Position numbers and translations under genes: made by a program. The notes below the pieces were generated by a model. It was given only the letters and a program-made list of their open reading frames with translations, was not told the DNA's origin and did not search any database. A DNA stretch of 64,000 nt from Eledone cirrhosa (Eukaryota): NCBI GenBank assembly GCA_964016885.1, contig OZ024742.1:291524001-291588000 (forward strand), given 5' to 3'. Shown here in pieces: positions 1-13,423 of this stretch; within the stretch, counting starts at the first letter, position 1, and the number at the start of each line of letters is the position of its first letter.

Positions 1-160
1 GCCGTCTACACGTAAAACATAACTTGGACGACGGATGGGCGGCTTGTATCACACACAGACACACACACAGGCCGGCTACACGTAAAACATAACTTGGACG
101 ACGGATGGGCGGCTTGTATCACACACAGACACACACACAGGCCGGCTACACGTAAAACAT
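1..160. repeat. 70-bp tandem repeat, about 2.3 copies, truncated by the window start
   Basis: gccgKctacacgtaaaacat starts at 1, 71 and 141; the first two units differ at one base. Confidence 0.95.
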
Positions 161-939
161 ATATGTGTGTGTAAGAGAGAATAGGCCCCGGTACTAGACT
201 GACAATCTATTTATTGACCTTGGATGGGGATTAACTCAATCGATTTGTCACCTTATAATTGTTTCTACTTTTGTCACCTTATAATACATATGTATCATTG
301 TAGGAATTGACTTGACATTAGCTTTATAAACTGTTTATCATCCAATATCTTAATTGTCAATTCGATCTATAAGTATATCTGATATAACAAAGGAGGTATG
401 TGTTTATTTATATGAGCTCAAAATACGACAATATCTAATGTAACAAATACATATGTGTATGTGATGATTTCTATCAGCTGTGAGAGTTGTAGCAAGTCAA
501 GACTGTATAAATGTTATTTTGATAAACTTGCTTCCTACATAGATTCCAATCAAACAATTATGTTTATGTTTATATTTTTTTAACCTCTATTATCTTGATA
601 TTGAAGTAGCAGTGATATGATCACAGCTTAAAATACTCAGTGAGGCTAAATATATGTTTATTATAAACATGTTGTATGTGGTCACAGTTTAAAATTCTCA
701 CAAGACTAAATGTATATTTATTATACATAAATATATTCTATATCGTCACAGCTTTGCTGACAGTGGTACTATATCATCATTATCATTGTTGTTTTAATCT
801 CTGCTTTCCCTGCTAAACATAAAAATGATGGATTGGCAGAATTATTAGTGTTTTAGGTGTGCAGTCATGAAGGGATTAAAAGGAAAGAGTTTGATGTATT
901 AGGTGGCACCTTGAAATGAAAAAAAAAAAAGGAAATTAA

Positions 940-1345
940 ATTTACAGTTCACGCTAATCTAGGTTAGCTGGCTTTATATGAGGTTATATCTCTTAGTTAT
1001 TGGGTGTTTTAATGATAGAGGACTCGGTCCTATCATGTTGTTGTTACAGTTCACACTTATGTAGGTTTAACTGAACTTCTATAAGGTTGTATCTCATAAG
1101 AGGTTTCTCATGTATTTTAATATTAAGGATCTAATCCTATCATGTTGTTTTTGTTACACCTCACTCCTATATATAACTTTAGCTGGCCTCATGAGGGTGT
1201 ATCTCATTGGTTTCTTTGATGTTTTAATGGTAGGGTGCCCCAGACCTATCATGTAGTTACAGCTCACACTTCTGTAGGTTTAATTAGCCTTCTATAATGT
1301 TCATATAATGTTTATCATGTGTTTTAATGATAGGAGCCCTCAGTC
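940..1345. repeat. Degenerate ~105-bp minisatellite, about 4 units
   Basis: ttacagYtcac...gttttaatgatag...cctatcatgt recurs at ~942, 1044, 1154 and 1257. Confidence 0.8.
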
Positions 1346-2084
1346 TTATTAAAAGCACAAAGAAAAGAAGCATTTAGCTCCTGAAGACAACACTCCATCC
1401 AGTCTAGGAATTGAATTTACAACCATATGATGGAACGTCCAACACCTTAACCACTAGGCTATACAAGATGTTATCTGAAAACTTAGTGTCCTGTAATACA
1501 TAAAACCACATTAGCAAGGCATTCTTGAAAACTACATATCATCACTATGATTGCATCACATAAAAAAATTGAAGTTTTTTTTTTTTTTAATACTGCAAAT
1601 TGTCATAGCTATCTGCCAACTAGCAAAGATACTACAAACGTTTGAATTACCAGACCTATTTTTAAATATTTTCTACTAAATCATTACAGGATGTTAAGAG
1701 TTACCTGAATTATATATTATATTTCAATGATTTCTATTCAATAACTTTGCATTTCTTTAAATGTTTAAATGTTCAAATTGCTTGTATATGCTGGTTATAG
1801 ATTTTCATTTAAAGACTAGATTTTTTTTTGACAGCCATCATACTGGCAACCATTGACTGCCGACACCTCCCCACTTCCTTCCTGAATGGCACTGTTTCCC
1901 TGCTATCTATGTAATAATGGCAACTATTTTCAGGACTCCTTTCTAATGGCTACCCACTTCTCATCACCTCCTTCTGAGGATCCCCTTTCAAAGCTTTATT
2001 GTATGATATGCTCCACTGGTGGTTATTTACTGGGCTAATATGATATATCAACTGACTGATCCTACAACTATTGGTTTTCATAAA

Positions 2085-2342
2085 TCCCTTTCCCCTACCT
2101 ATCCCTCTCCCCTCCCTCTCCCATACCTCTCCCTCTCCCCCACCTCTCCCTCTCTCCCACTTCTCCCTCTCCCCCACCTCTCCCTCTCCCCTACCTCCCC
2201 TCTCTCTCCATCCATCCCCTCTCTCTCCATCCCCTCCCTCCCACCTCCATCCCCCTCTCTCTCCTTCCTCTCTCCCGCCATCCCTCCTCTCTCTCCTCTC
2301 CTCTCTTTCCCCTCCCTCCTCTCTTCACCCCCACCCCACACC
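2085..2342. repeat. Long polypyrimidine (CTCCC/CT-rich) low-complexity tract
   Basis: About 255 bp almost entirely C/T; source of the spurious Pro/Ser and Gly/Glu/Arg ORFs. Confidence 0.95.
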
Positions 2343-2459
2343 TTAAAAATGATATTAATATGTTCTGCATTTATCCAATTTTAAAATGAGTGTTAATTCA
2401 CATGATATGAAACCTCACTACCTGTACTATACTCTTTCCTGTTATATATCTCTACTATA

Positions 2460-3265
2460 TTAACCCTTTCTTGACTGAATTTTTAATGAAATACACTCTA
2501 CTTCAATTAAGCCTTTTGATATCAACCCAGCCAAAACCGGCCTTGATTCTATGAAAGAAAACCACCCATTTCAAACGATTTCTATATATATATTTATATC
2601 TTCTAACAAGATATTATACAAGAACCATATGTTAAGTTAGAATATTAGGAACAAAATAAGTAATCATTTGAGTAAATCCTGCATTAATTAATTAAAAGAG
2701 AGTATATTTCTTAAATAAGGTCACAAGTGGGTTAAGTAATAAAGAATTTTGAGGGATTTACTAAATTATTTATTATTACATTTATGAGATAGTAACTTAA
2801 CATATAGTTCTTGTATAAAAAATATATGACACTTTAATTTGTGGTTGTTTCATAGAACCAGAGCCAGTTTTGATACTAACTTGGCCAAAATTGTCTCCTG
2901 ATTCTACAATACTTAACTGTTTTTATAAAAGTGTTTATATCTAAACACCTTCAATAATTTTATCTTGAAACTTTGTATTAAGTTATGTTCCAAATACCAG
3001 CTTAATGAAAAAGTTTATTAAATCCATCCAAAATCTTGATTGTTTTCAAAATGTGGTGTGTTTTATTAAGAATATGATGATGATAGGGTTAAAGTGTTTA
3101 TATTTATCTAAAAATCTACTATCATAGATTCATGTAAAAAGCCTTTCAAACATCAGATTAATGAGAAAGTTTGTTATATTACTAAACTCATCCAAATTCT
3201 TATTTTCAACATGATTTTCAAATCATGGAGTCTTTCATAAGAAATATGCAAACAAAAGAGTTAAA
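2460..3265. mobile_element. Cluster of TTAA-type (piggyBac-like) MITE family 1 copies
   Basis: ttaacccttt... and ...gggttaa termini; internal sequence shared with the copies at 22680 and 43240. Confidence 0.7.
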
Positions 3266-3596
3266 GTTTTCCTATCACTTTTTCTTCTGTGAATGCTTTT
3301 GATGGGAAATACTGCTTTAGTAACACAATTTGTTAAGCTGAGTTAATTGACACCTCTCACTCACAACACCACTCATTTTGTGTGAGAAGACCCACAGAGA
3401 ATTCACAGAATTTAGTTTGTAAGAATATTCCACAAAAGAATCCAATGTTACTCTCACTTCTCCATATTGTTTGAGAAGATTCACAGAGAATTAAACAATT
3501 TAGTTAGAGAACATTTAGATAATTTATTTAGTAAGAACATAGTACAAAAGAAGAATCCAAAGCCTCAGTATTCAATAATACATTAGTACTTATATA

Positions 3597-3785
3597 TAAT
3601 TGTTTCTACTTTTGGCACCAGGCCAGCAATTATCCCAGTGCATTACTGGTACTTTATTTTATCGACCCCGTAAGGATGAAAGGCAAAGTTAACCTCGGCG
3701 GGATTTGAACTCGGATCATAAAGGGAGGTAACTCTATGCTTCAAAGCATGGCGCCCGACCCTCTACCGATACTGCCAATCCACCT
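3597..3785 (-). mobile_element. tRNA-derived SINE (family S1)
   Basis: Minus strand has A box tggcagtatcggt and B box gagttcaaatcc, tail ...aaaagtagaaacaatta; matches the 49416 copy. Confidence 0.9.
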
Positions 3786-4849
3786 GTCAGTACTTTAGGG
3801 GTACTTCAAGATTGTAAGATTTATAACTATGACTTTGATCAAGTTAAAATAATCTCCTAAAAGTACACTTTACCCTGGCTAGAAAAACAAAACAAACAAA
3901 CAAAACAAAGTAAGATAAAATGAAATGAAGTAAAATTAATTATAGCCATCCCAGCTGAGAGACTAAAATGGTTGAAAAATAGCATTCTTGTTTTTAGCTG
4001 CATCAGTTGGAACATGTATTTCAGTTTTTGCTATAAGTCACAATATAGTCTCACATAAATAGGGCCATTATATACAAAGCTAGTGTATATAGATAGAGCC
4101 ACTATATATATATAAAGATCTGCCTATGGGTATATATATAAGAAACCAGTGTCTGTGGTTGGATGTTAGATGAACAAAGATATGATATTTTTTTAATTTA
4201 GTGCTGTTTTTGTATTTTAGTTTCCAATTCTAAATTACTTAGTTTATTTTTAAGTTTTTATTTTGAATGGTGAATTTAATTTGTTTTATTGATGGTTTTA
4301 AATCTAATGATTTATTCTGAATTATGTTATATTTACTCAGTTTATGAGTGGTTATTTCAAGTTTCAGTTAATTTTAGTTTCTTGGTGGTCAGTGGGTTCT
4401 CGGAATGCATGGATAACAGGTCACCAAATATGTTATTTGTGTATTTATGGTTTGGTAGGTTTATGATTAAGTGCTCTACAGAGTGTATGGTGCTAATTTA
4501 TCCAGTAGCCACAAATTTTGATGGAAACTGGATATTGAGGATGATTGTGGCCTGATGAAATTTTTCCTCTTAGTACCAATATAGTGGGTTCGTTTTTTAT
4601 TATATTATTGTTTATCTGTGAGATGTTTAAATTTGATTTATATTTATTTATTGGTTATGGGTTTCAGGTTTTCTTGATTAGACTTGAATTATTTGGTGGC
4701 TGGTTTGCTTGTATTGAACATTGATTTATTATGTTAAAAGTTGTTTTGTGGTTGAATAAATGTATTTGTGTGGTGGGTCATGGTTGGTTTCGTTTACTAT
4801 AATTGTTTTGTGGTAGGGTTGTGAGAAAACCTTTTTCTCTCTCTCTTTA

Positions 4850-5743
4850 TCTATATATATAAAACTGAGGATGTCTGTCTGTGTGTGTGAGTTTGAATCC
4901 CTAAAACTTGAGAACCACCAAACCGACTGTTTTCAAACTTTACACATATAATACTTATGTTTCAGGGAGTGTTCTGAGCAAAAGAAATTTCAAATTTTCA
5001 ATGGACTAGGGACAGCCTTAGGTGATTTAGCGATCTCGCTCTATAATTCTTAGTCTTTCTCTTTTTAGATAGATACATACATATAACGCCGCGCCCTTAT
5101 AATATCTGTCTGTATGTCTGACTGTCTGCATTACGTCACTTCCCTGAGGATGTCTGTGTGTGTCTGAGTTTGAATCCCTAAAACTCGAGAAGTACCCAAC
5201 CGATTTTTTTTCAAACTTTACATGTGTATTATGTTTCAGGGAGTTTTATGCACATAAAAAATTCAACTTTTTTTTTATCTCCTAGTGCCCGCATTGGGTG
5301 AAAAACTGCGTTTTTAAAGATTTTTAGGGGTTTTTTGAGGCGTTACGTCAGACCGATTTTCTTGAAATTGTAACTATGTATTAGCCAGTCTCTTCTTCAT
5401 ACCGTGAGCAAAGAAAATCCAACTTTCTTATGGCCTAAGTGAAAAACTTAATTTTTGAAGCTTCTTAGGGCTTTTTGGAGTCTAGCCAATTTTCCCGAAA
5501 TTTCAAGGCATATTATGCACATAAGAAATATTAATTTTCTTGATCCCCCAGGGCCTGCATTAGGTGAAAACCTGCATTTTTCCTGCTTCATTGAGGAAAA
5601 TCTTAAAGATTATCCAGCCATCAGAGTATTCGGTTTATTTTCTTTACATATTGTCCAGGCATGCAGTTTTTCCACGATTAGGTCTGCTGGTGACCCGCGT
5701 TCCAAAATACCTTATCCCGTGCAACGCCGGGTACCACTGCTAG
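4850..5743 (+). mobile_element. Non-autonomous Helitron H1
   Basis: A|TC 5' end (tctatatatataaaa), 3' hairpin cccgtgcaacgccggg followed by CTAG|T; internal duplication of ctgaggatgtctg...gaatccctaaaact. Confidence 0.85.
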
Positions 5744-5789
5744 TATATATATATATATGTGTGTGTGTGTATATACACATACATTTGTT

Positions 5790-5859
<70 letters not shown>

Positions 5860-6376
5860 CAAATATAATTTCAGCGAGATCATATTTCGGCTGTGGTCAA
5901 AAACAAAGCAAAATGCAATTTTCGAGATTTGTGGCAAGCGCTCAATGGACTAAAAGAAGACCAGAGCAATTAACATACGTTATAGAGGCCAAACAAACTG
6001 AAAACGGCGGTCATGAAGCTTTCAGCCACCAGAGCCAAAAAGAAACGAAGCAAGCTAAACAGGTTAAACAAAAGAATTTACCTGGACTTCCTGGAAATTG
6101 ATGGTATAATCCAGTTGGAGGTTTCTGTGACACCTAAATCAATTATACTGCCTGCTTTCATTGTAAGCTTTTGGTATAACGATCGAACAAGGCTGCCATT
6201 TCATCAACAGGTATTTTGTTCTCAGCCGGCGAGCGGGTTCTTAGCAGTAGTAGTGTTGGAGTGATTACCCCACGTGTTTACCCTGCAAGGGAGGTAACCC
6301 CGGTTTTGGCGGATGGATTCAGAATGTGTAAAATGATTGCAAGAATTGCAAAAAACTGCACAAATCGAATTAAGCT

Positions 6377-6417
<41 letters not shown>

Positions 6418-6419
<2 letters not shown>

Positions 6420-7449
6420 AGATGTAGCGGGATCTCGGGAAGCTTAACTAAGAATGTAGGCTTCACATGTAGCAGCTGTGCTGGGACCAGCAAACAGCCA
6501 CAGGAAACAAGTACCAACAAACTCTGGGAGGGCTCTGTTAAACAGTAGACAGCTTCTGCTACCTAGGTGACCGAATTAGCAGCGGAGGTGGGTGTTCGGA
6601 AAGTACAATAACTAGGGTAGGAACGGGATGGAAGAAGTTCAGGGAGCTACTGCCACTGCTAGCTGCAAAAGGCTTTTCCCTCAAAATGAAAGGCAGACTG
6701 TATGATGCGTGTATACAAACAGCAATGTTACATGATAGTGAGACCTGGGCGGTGTCTGTGGAATACTTGCGTAGATTAGAAAAAATGAAGCCTGCATGCT
6801 CCGATGGATGTGTAATAGTAATATACGCGAACGGCAAAGCATAAATGAATTGAGAGAGAGACTGAGCATAAGAGGAACCAAATGCTGTGTGTAGAAGAGG
6901 CGGTTGCATTGGTATGGACATGTGATGCGTATGAAGGATGACAGCTGCATAAAAAGGTGCAGAGCACTAGAAGTCAATGGAAACCGCGGAATGGGGAGAC
7001 CCAAGAAGACCTGGGATGAGGTGATAAAAGCCGACCTTACCTAATTACACCTCTCAAAGGCGATGTCACATGACCGTGACCTCTGGCGTCACGCAGTAAT
7101 ACAAAAGACCCGACCCCCCACGGGTACAAGCCGAAGCTGAAGCATATAGACGATATGCTTCCACACCCTCCCACTGCAAAGTGGTCGTGGAGGTGCCACG
7201 GCAAAAAAGCACCCAGCCCGCACTGTAAAGTGGACGTGTAGGCGCCACGGAAAAAAGTACCCAGCACTCACTGTAAATGAGGTTGGTGTTAGGAAGGGCA
7301 TCCAGCTGTAGAAATCAAGCCAGAATCAGTTCCCGTATGAGCAAGACAAGGTCAGCCGACCGGACACTGCCTACAACAGGACAACCCATCTAACCCATGC
7401 TAGCGTGGAAGAACGGACGTAAAACGGTGGTGGTGATGATGATGATGAT
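6418..7449 (+). mobile_element. RTE-clade LINE, subfamily A, 5'-truncated and decayed
   Basis: Translates to RCSGISG...VDSFCYLGD...ETW...LHWYGHVMRM...GRPKKTW with frameshifts; 3' UTR ends in (GAT)n. Confidence 0.92.
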
Positions 7450-7499
7450 ATATATGAGAGAGAGAGACCATTTGTATACAGTGCCAGTGTGTATATAGA

Positions 7500-7745
7500 G
7501 CTTCAGTATTCTACAGACACGTGTACTCATAACATAAATCTTAGGAAGAATTGATGTAACCCTGTGTGTTACGAGGCTGGCCCTTTGAATTACAGGTACA
7601 ATCAATCATGTATTATAGTGTAACTGGCTGTGTATTCTTCAAATATGTGCACACTTAACATAGTTCTTAGAAATTCAACATAACACAAAGTGAATGACAA
7701 GGCTGGTTCTTTGAAATACATGTAGAGTCCATCTTGTATTGTAGT
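7500..7745 (-). repeat. Two tandem copies of a SINE-core-like unit
   Basis: aggctggccctttgaattacaggtaca-like motif occurs twice; same unit as the 49190-49980 array. Confidence 0.6.
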
Positions 7746-10700
7746 ATTAGCTAGTTGCCTATTTAGAAGGTAGTGAAATGGTAACATTGAACACTGGATT
7801 GAATATCTCGTGATATTTGTTCTGGTTTTCTATGTTCTCAGTTGAAATACTACTGGGGTTAACTTTGCCTTTCCTCCTTAATAAATGAAGTCCAGGGTAG
7901 TGAATTGGTGGAATTGTTAGAGCATTGGACAGAATGCCTTGTGGTGTTTGTTCTTGCTCTGTGTTCTGAGAGTGCAATAGTCCACCTCGGGATTGAAACC
8001 CTAGCAATGGCCAGGATGAATCACCTGGCCACATGACCATCACTAACATATCTAATTAGGAAATGGGTGGAGGAGGATTATAACTCTGCTACTGTCGGCA
8101 AATGATGGTAATGATGATGATATGGGATTTCTTTTGTTGTTTCTGGTGATATTTTAGTGTTTCACCTGTCTCTGTGTTGTGTAGAGTATGTGTAATGTGT
8201 GTTATGTTATTTTGTTGGGTGGTGATTGAGTTTTCTATGTGTTGTATGATTCATGTTACTGTGTGTTTCAACTGTCTCTTGTGTAAAGTCTAATTTATGT
8301 GTGTAATGTTGTTTCGATCATTACCTCTATTTTTACCTATGTTTCTTTATTTTCAGGTAAGACAGTGAAGGATGATTTGTCATTGCAGCAGTAATTGGAA
8401 TTAATAGAGAAGAATGAGGTGGAGGAGGTATAGTAATATGGTGAAGAGAAAGATGGTGACAGTCTTTAAAGGTTAACTGACAAGGTGAAATTGGATTTGT
8501 AATTTTCAAAAAAAATCACCCAAATTTTTCTTTTTCGTGTTTTTTTTACTGTTTAGTTGGAGAGTGGATGCAACATAATTTATTACTTAACCCGTTCATT
8601 ACCATATTTCTAATGAAATACACCTTATTTCAATTAATTAATGAAGAATTTTGATTTGTTTACCAAATTGATTAATTATTTGATTACTAAGATAGGAATT
8701 CAACATATGGTTCTTATATAAAATTATGTTTGAAGATTTTATGGACAAAAGCAAGATGATTGGATAACATCTGAATCAGTTGGAGATGGTTACTCCTGAC
8801 AGGACCTGCTGGAAGGAGTATTTGAGGATTCTGCCCCCACAACATTCTAGAGATAAGTGGGTGAAGATGATTTTTATTTAAATAGGAACCCTTTAAAATG
8901 GGCAGTTTTGTTTTATAGAATCAGAACTGGTTTTGGCCAGTCTTATATCAAAAGGTCTCAGGTTCGATCATGCTTTAGGGCATCTTTCTGTACCTGTAAC
9001 TCAAAAAAGATCCAGCCACACTGTCTCATGCTGGAACTCTCTGAGAAGTACATTAAAGATACATGCGTTTGTAGAATGCTCAGCCACTTCTATATTTATT
9101 TCATGGGCAAGCTATTCCATTTTTTTAACAACTTGAACACTTGTCATTGGAACTGAAAGAGATCCACAAACAACATGTATATTTTCAACTTTCTATCTGA
9201 TTATGTTATCTCTAGACATAGAAATTACAGTTAGAAAAAATATATTTACTTATTTGATGTGATCTTTTAGTGTCATGACCAATAACATACCTGATAAATG
9301 GAATTCAGCTTCTGATTACCAAGACAAACTAAAAAGTCATTTCCTAAACATGATTGACATGAAAGATTTAAGCTGATCTGAAGTTTGTTTTTCATTAAGC
9401 AAATGAGCAGCCAGGCTAGTCTTACTCTGATTAGCATGCAAGAATATGATCGATACTTCTACAGACAAACTAATTGCTATTTTCAAAATAGATATTTAGA
9501 AAGAAATATGATTCTTGTCTGCATTGCGTGAAGGTGGATATAAAATCGCAATCTTCTATCAACAGCACATTCATCATAAAACAATTTTTTTTTCTAAAGT
9601 TTCTTTTAGAAATTAGATGTAACTTTAATGTTAACTCTTAACACTGCAATGATTCAGCTGAAAATATCTAAGAATGGGTTTGTTAATTCAAATGTTTGTA
9701 TTTTTACAATTGTAAAAATTTGAAGTATTAATATGATGCAATCAGTTATTTCTAATAATAATGTTGCATATGCATAAATGTGATTTAACATGCTGTAATG
9801 ACTTAGCAGAAAATATCTAAAAGCAATTGGTACCATACAGTTGCTATATTCCTTGTATATCAGGAACTATATTGAACAAAATATCTTTAGTTAATTTTTA
9901 ACACCCTGTAATGATTTAGTTGTAAATATCTAAAAATGTGTTTGTTTATTCAATTGTTTATAGTGTATTTACCAGTGGATAGATTCTTGTGAAAATTTGC
10001 AATATTAAAATAAAGACTAATTTTTAATGTGATGCAGTCATAGTGTTGTAATATAGGACATTGAGGATTGATATACTGGATATATTTTTTTAAAATAAAT
10101 TTTACAATGTAAAGTGGGTTGGGCAAACTCTACACCCTCAGTTGGATGGTACATTTCAATCTATGCTCCTCATACAAGATCGTGAAAGCATTGCCACAGA
10201 GAAGAGCCAGTGATATCTGCCGCATCAGCCATTCCATCTCAAGGGGTTATTTCTTTGGACTTGATGCCCTCATCCCAATTTTGTAGAGGAAAATGACAGT
10301 TTGAGAACCAAGGAAAGCAGAGATCATAAAGGAAACAGTTAGTCAATGCCTTGTATATTTTCTGCCCCTCTGTGCTCTGGGTTGTGGCACCAGAGTAAGT
10401 GCCATAACGTGGTGTACCAGCTAAATTTCTTAATCCTCACCCCAACAGATAGTAACCAAGAACACTGGAGGTCTCAGTGTAGACCAGCATAAACATGAAT
10501 AGGTGTTTCAATACCAGGAATTTGAACATCTCCTACTTCTCTGTGTTACAAGTGGCAATATCTGGGTCTATGGCTAAAGTAATGAAGATGTTGTCACCAA
10601 AGAAAGTGTCAAATGTGAACTCCCAGATTTTATGTTTCTAAATTGTTCTTTTCTACCATTTGCCATTTCTATGAAAAAAAAACCAGTAACATTTGTCTGA

Positions 10701-10831
10701 TGTTATTCCTTTTTAAAATTCGTTTCTGGGATTTGGGTGGGGGAACTTTACTTTCTACCAAATATTTAATCTGAAAAATTTATGAGTGTCATTGCCATTA
10801 ATTGTGTTTTGTTTGTTTCACTGTGTGTAAT

Positions 10832-11140
10832 CATGTAGCCTAGTGGTTAAGGTTTTGGACTGATGATCATAAGTTTGTTGGTTCAATTTCTGGTCTGAGC
10901 AGCTTATTGCATTCTTAGGTTCATTATTCACTGGGTGTAGGCATATAGCCTTGTGGTTAGGATGTTGTGCTGACAATCATAAGGTCATGGGCTTGGTTCC
11001 TGGTTTGAGCAGCATTTATGTTCTTGGGCAAGACACTTGATTTCATGTTGCATCAGTACACTCATCTGAAAGAAAAAATAAGTGCTGTGAGCAGCTAGAG
11101 ATTAACTCCTATGACAAGCTGGTGTCCAATCCAAGCGGTT
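10832..11140 (+). mobile_element. tRNA-derived SINE (family S2) with duplicated head
   Basis: tagcctagtggttaagg...ggttcaatt head present twice, then ttcttgggcaagacacttgatttcatgttgc core. Confidence 0.7.
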
Positions 11141-11163
11141 ATATATATATATATATGATGATG

Positions 11164-11209
<46 letters not shown>

Positions 11210-11454
11210 GTGTGTGCATGCGTATATGTATGCATATATACATATATATATTTCTCTCTATATATCTCTCTCTCTATATATATATATACACTTATAAATG
11301 TATCATACATATGTGTGTGTGTATAGAGAAACAGAGAGAGAGCTCTTTAATGCTGTTCTTTTCATAAAGAAATATAGTCCATTATTCAAACTTATTTCAT
11401 TTCAATGTTAATATATATGTATAAATTTGTATTTACAATTTATACACCTATATG

Positions 11455-11487
<33 letters not shown>

Positions 11488-11944
11488 CTATATCATTCTA
11501 ACAATCTATATCTGTAATTCCTGTTTTAAATTAGATATTGATCTTTACCATTAATGTGTTGTTAATTAGATTTCTTGTTGAGAACCAGTGATAAAATTAG
11601 ACTTCACATCTTTTGTGCTGACCAACCTTTTCTGTAGTGATTTGTCAGTATCACAGGAACTGCCATTTGATCTGAAGAACTGAACACATTTAGATAACAT
11701 TCTATCTCAATATCACCATATCTAACATTGATCTAGCATTGATCTAGCATTGATCTTTCATTGATATAGATCAGTCTGACTTCTTTTTTCATCTCTTACT
11801 TATTATATTAATGGTTTGGAACGCTGAGTTTCATTCCTTCCAAGATGAAAAACTTTCTCTTTTTGTTTTTGTTGGTGGTGCTTGTGTTGCTGTTGCTATT
11901 GCTGTTGTTGCTGTTGTCATTTCGGTTGGTGGAGGTGTTATCAG

Positions 11945-12040
11945 TCAGGCCATGTCCGTATTGCTTATTCAATCAGCGCTCTTGTATGGCAACAAAACAT
12001 GGACACTCATAAAAGAAAAAGAAAAGAGCCTTGGTATTTG
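11945..12040 (+). mobile_element. Small RTE-like RT fragment
   Basis: SALLYGNKTWTL resembles the RTE LLYGSETWTL motif. Confidence 0.5.
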
Positions 12041-12930
12041 TACTTGTACTCATGTCAGTGTTTACCCAGGGAGGGGTTGAGCCAGCTCCATTGGCTATTA
12101 TTTCTAGTGTGTCAAGTCTTATTTTGGTAGAGCGACAGTTCTCATTTCATTCTGCTAAGTTAATAAAACTGTGATACTGTCAAAGCTTTAATTGACTAAA
12201 ACTTTTATATAAGAGTGTTTCGTGTCAAAGTAAATGTAATTTTTATGTTTACTGTCAATTAATATCTTCACTCAAGTGTTAGATTAACCCTTTTGATACC
12301 AACCTGCTGAAATCTACCTATTTCATAGGGTGCCTAATTTTATCAAAATCTTCTAGCATAATTTTATATAGTGATCATGTTAATTTACTATCATAATAAT
12401 GAAATAATTAATAGTTTTAGTAAATCTCCAAAATTCTTCATTAATTGATTGAAATGTATTTCAATCAATTAATGAAGAATTTCTATTTAAATTAAAATTT
12501 TCCAAAATAGTTTTTCATAAAAGAACTATATGTTAATAGCAAGAAGCATCTTATGGCCATCTTCCCTGTTAGAGTTGGAGTTAGTCTTGTGGGTGCCATG
12601 TCAAACTTTTCCACTTTATCCTATCCTCTGCATCCCCCTGAACCAACCTCTAGCTTTCATTTCTTCCTTACAAATGACATAATACATTGCAACTAACAAA
12701 ATGTGTGAGTTAGGATATGACAGTGATTGAAAATTTTGAAAATAGAATTAGAAGCTTTCATTGTAAATTGACTGCTGAAAAAGTCTAATAATGGCGCATA
12801 TGAACCCTGATAATGGCAACAATGGGCATGGAAACACTTCCTATCATAAAGCGCTTTACAGACTGTACTGTGTGTGTTTTATTGTAGCACCAGCACTATG
12901 TATATATATGATGGTGATGCTATATATATG

Positions 12931-12961
<31 letters not shown>

Positions 12962-13379
12962 TCATATATATATTGTGTGTGTGTATTTTGTCACACCCTG
13001 CTAGGTAGAACCTGTCAAAACACTTTGTACCTGTCAGTATCCTAACAATGTATTTACACTAACTCACCTGTTGGTATTTTGCCTTATTTCTCCAGATGTG
13101 TTTTACACACTGCACACATACTCACACCTACACACACATAGACTCATACATGCATTTACATTAACACACATATACTTGCACTTACATACACACACATTGT
13201 TCCTTTGTCCCCTGTACCATGTGTAAAAATACTGACATTTCACCTGCCCACGTTCCCCCTCCTTAAAACAACATACTTCTTTACAGCAACATATCCTCTA
13301 TCACTCCATTCACTGTTTAAAGCCCAGTTTTTTCTGTACAAGCAAGGAGGTGAAATGGTTTAGATTTTCACTCATTTTG

Positions 13380-13421
<42 letters not shown>

Positions 13422-13423
13422 AA

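Noticed and set aside
1950-2384. Pro/Ser-rich and Gly/Glu/Arg-rich ORFs
   Set aside because: Translations of a low-complexity CT tract
4130-4830. Strand-skewed region that might be an old Penelope/LINE ORF (PTTDTG-like motif on the minus strand)
   Set aside because: Too degenerate; neighbouring RT motifs could not be found
5455-6101. ORFs containing THTHTH, YIYIYI or CVCVCV runs here and throughout the window
   Set aside because: Stop-free microsatellite read-through, not genes
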